The notes under the pieces are model-generated. The model was not told the DNA's origin and searched no databases. It was given only the letters and a program-made list of their open reading frames with translations. A DNA stretch of 64,000 nt from Centroscyllium fabricii (lineage: Eukaryota): positions 155,186,001 through 155,250,000 of the forward strand of contig JBNRSN020000003.1 of the NCBI GenBank assembly GCA_051313645.2, written 5' to 3'. The first letter of the stretch is position 1, and each line of letters starts with the position of its first letter. The translations under genes and the position numbers were made by a program. Shown here piece after piece: positions 60,985-64,000 of this stretch.

Positions 60985-62200
60985 AATTCAATTCAATTCA
61001 AGTTTTATTGTCATTGCAGAGTACTAGTACAATACAACGAGACGAAGACTCGACGCTCACGAGAGTAGTGCAAATAAATTACATGCAAATTGCATACAGT
61101 AAAGTACATTATCAGGCGTGCAGGTACCGGAGTTTATTTTTAGAGTTCAGGAGGCTGACAGCCCTGGGGAAGAAGCTGTTCTTAAATCTAGTCGTGCAGG
61201 TGCGAATTGATCTGTAGCGTCTCCCGGAGGGCAGGGGGGGCGAACAGACTGTGGCTGGGGTGTGTGGTGTCTTTAATAATGTTCAGAGACCTCCGTAAGC
61301 AGCGTTTGAGGGAGATGCTTTCCATTGACGGTAGCTGGGTACCGGTGATTCGTTGGGCAGTTTTGACTACCTGCTGCAGGGTTTTCCGGTCCGAGATAGT
61401 GCAATTTCCATACCAGACAGTGATGCAGCTTGTCAGTATGCTTTCTATTGTGCAGCGGTAGAAGTTGGAGAGGATGCCGGATGACAGCCTGGCTTCCTTA
61501 GGAAGTACAGGCGCTGTTGGGCCTTCTTAACCAGAGAGGAGGTGTTTAGTGACCAGGAGAGATCTTCCGAGATGTGGACCCCGAGGAACTTGAAGCTGGA
61601 CACCCTTTCCACCTCCGCCCCTTGGATGAAGATGGGGGTGTGTCTTCTGCTTCCAGTCCTCCGTAAGTCCACTATGATCTCCTTAGTTTTCTTGGTGTTC
61701 AGTGCCAGGTTGTTGTCGGCACACCAACCCACAAGGCGCTGGATCTCATCCCTGTAGGCTGACTCGTCGTTGTTGGTGATCTGGCCAACCACCGTGGTGT
61801 CATCCGCAAACTTGATGATCGTGTTGGAGCCATGGACAGCCACACAGTCGTGAGTGAAGAGGGAGTAGAGGAGGGGGCTCAGCACACAACCTTGTGGGGC
61901 CGCCGTGTTCAGGGTAAGGGGTGGGGGGAGGTGAGGTTGCCTAACTTCACAGACTGTGGTCTGTTGGTTAGGAAGTCCAGGGTCCAGTTGCAGAGGGAGG
62001 TGTTCAGGCCGAGGGTGAGGAGTTTGTTAGACAATTTGCTGGGGACGATGGTGTTGAATGCTGAGCTGTAGTCAATAAACAGCATTCTGACATACGTATC
62101 TTTGCTATCCAGGTGGTTTAGTGCAGAGTGAAGAGCCGTAGTGATAGCATCTTCCGTAGATCTGTTCCCATGGTAGGCGAACTGGTATTGGTCCAGGTCC
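60985..62200 (-). mobile_element. Rex1/Babar-type LINE, 5'-truncated
   Basis: [63 protein letters not shown]; (TTGAA)n tail; frameshifted. Confidence 0.92.
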
Positions 62201-64000
62201 CATGCTCCTTTTCTCCTCTCTATTCTCATCATCATCATCATCTCCTCCTCCATTTAAGCTAATTTGGTCTCATTTTATTAGAACTACAAACCTCTATGCT
62301 TGGTTATCCACAATTGCTCCAAACTGGTTTTATCCCCTCTTCTGAAGGCACCGACTCTGTAATAAGAGAGAACTTTCATTTATCTAGCACTTTTTACATC
62401 CTCGCATTTCATAACCAATGACTTGCTTTTAAAGTGTATTCACTGTTGTTTTGCGGTGCTCTGGTTCTGTATGTGCTGGCAGCCCTTTGCAATATTGCCC
62501 AAGTAGCAGTTCTTCATATACAACTTAGATGGTCTATTTTACCATGGAGGGTAATTCTGCTGATCTTGATGCTATTTTTATTAGATATCAACATTACATG
62601 CTCTTCAGGAATATCGTGATCCATAGATCATGAAGGAGCAAAGACCCTGCCCCTCCTCGCTCCTCCTCCTTTCATCGAAGGTGCTGATTGCAGTTGTAGG
62701 ATCCAGCCGCAGCTCTGGCTGAAATCTGCCAACTTTGCGCAGAAAGGGAATCAAAACTTGGCTATTAATGGATTAGAACTACACCAGATTGTGTCTTTGT
62801 ACATTAATTAAATCATTGGATGCTCCATGGTGAGCTTCGGAAACAAAAGGACGTAACTGCCTACATACTTTATTAAGCTCCTGTGCCAGCTCCTGCCTGA
62901 ACAGGCAGGATATCTATTGTCAGTGGCACTTCCCTTCCCCCCCCCCCCCCCCCCCCCCCTTTTTATTCTGGCAATTTCTCTCCTTTCAACCATTCCTCCT
63001 CTTAACACTTTTTAGAGTCCAATTCTGTAGGTACTAATTAGTAATTTCTTTGGGTGTAGAAAGTGAGTAAGTATTAGCAGGTCATTCAACCAAGTTAACA
63101 TGTAGTTCCAAAAGGAATTGCTAGGTAATGATCAGGAGTGGCAACCCAGGTCCTTCCCCTTGTTTCTCTCTGTCCGTCTCTCCTTTCTTTCTCTTTCTCT
63201 CTCCCCTTCCCTCCCACACACACACTTGTATTACTTTTGCTTCTCCTTGCACCCTCTGGGTAAGCTGAGGCCGTTTAGTGCCACTGCTGCTTAAAACAAA
63301 ATAAGCTTTTTTCCTGGTTTCTACACCAACAACTTGCATTTATTTGGGTTTTAATGTAAAAAAGACATCCTGATGCTTTGAGAATTCTACAAGTGATGAG
63401 ATGTAAACCCCTGATTTAAAAGAAAAATATTCTGTAAATCTGTATACCCTCCAAGTTCAAATATTAATAATTAACACATGAAAGGATTGGCAACTTCAAA
63501 ATTGGATAAATTAGCAATTGTTTTATAGTTTAAAAAATGTACTTGGTAATCTAACCAGTTTAGTGTCATGCCTAATTTGGAAAATCCAACTCTGTCCAAA
63601 CACCTCAAATATCCACTCTGCCATTTCTGGACAAGTGAGTATGTTTGAGGGGGGATTGGTCTTAATTCAGAAAACTGTAAAATATCTTAAACTTGATTAT
63701 CAATATGACTTCCAAAAATACCTAATATTGTCCCCTAACTAGACACTGTAGCTTTATAAATCCTGTTCTACTTTTTTTGTTCTGGACATCTCTGTAGCTC
63801 TGCCTCTCTGTCTCTCCTTTCACACATCAAGTGGCCATTTTAATAATTATCCTGTGTAGTACAATTGGTTTCATGCTCTGACACATGCATCATTTTTGCT
63901 TGAAAGAGACTGGTGCATCCTGACAAACCGGAATAGCATAAAATTGGGCTGACAAATCAGGGGACCTTTGCTCTACCGTTGAACATGCAATGTGTCAACC

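Overview
Eukaryotic, vertebrate DNA, most likely a cartilaginous fish (shark/ray), inferred from HE1/V-SINE-type and DeuSINE-type repeats plus abundant CR1 LINEs. The only host gene is the 5' part of TLE1 (Groucho corepressor) on the + strand: a CpG-island promoter (~19.9-21.6 kb) and coding exons 1-6 (Q domain), with a 36-kb intron 4; the gene continues past the window. The rest is mostly transposable elements. An intact, very young CsRn1-clade Ty3/Gypsy LTR retrotransposon (3778-8585) sits inside a pogo/Tigger-type MITE, inside a CR1 LINE, inside an old SINE. Also present: PIF/Harbinger remnants, CR1/L2/Rex1/Tx1 fragments, Penelope-type fragments with minimal hammerhead ribozymes, and a MITE family loaded with NRF1/YY1-like palindromes. 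The most interesting leads are a possible bipartite tRNA-Trp primer site in the Gypsy U3, a ~100-bp hammerhead-only insertion with its own target-site duplication, SINE tail-swapping between two co-resident CR1 families, and a 130-codon in-frame open stretch in TLE1 intron 1. All family names come from recognition by eye; no searches were run.
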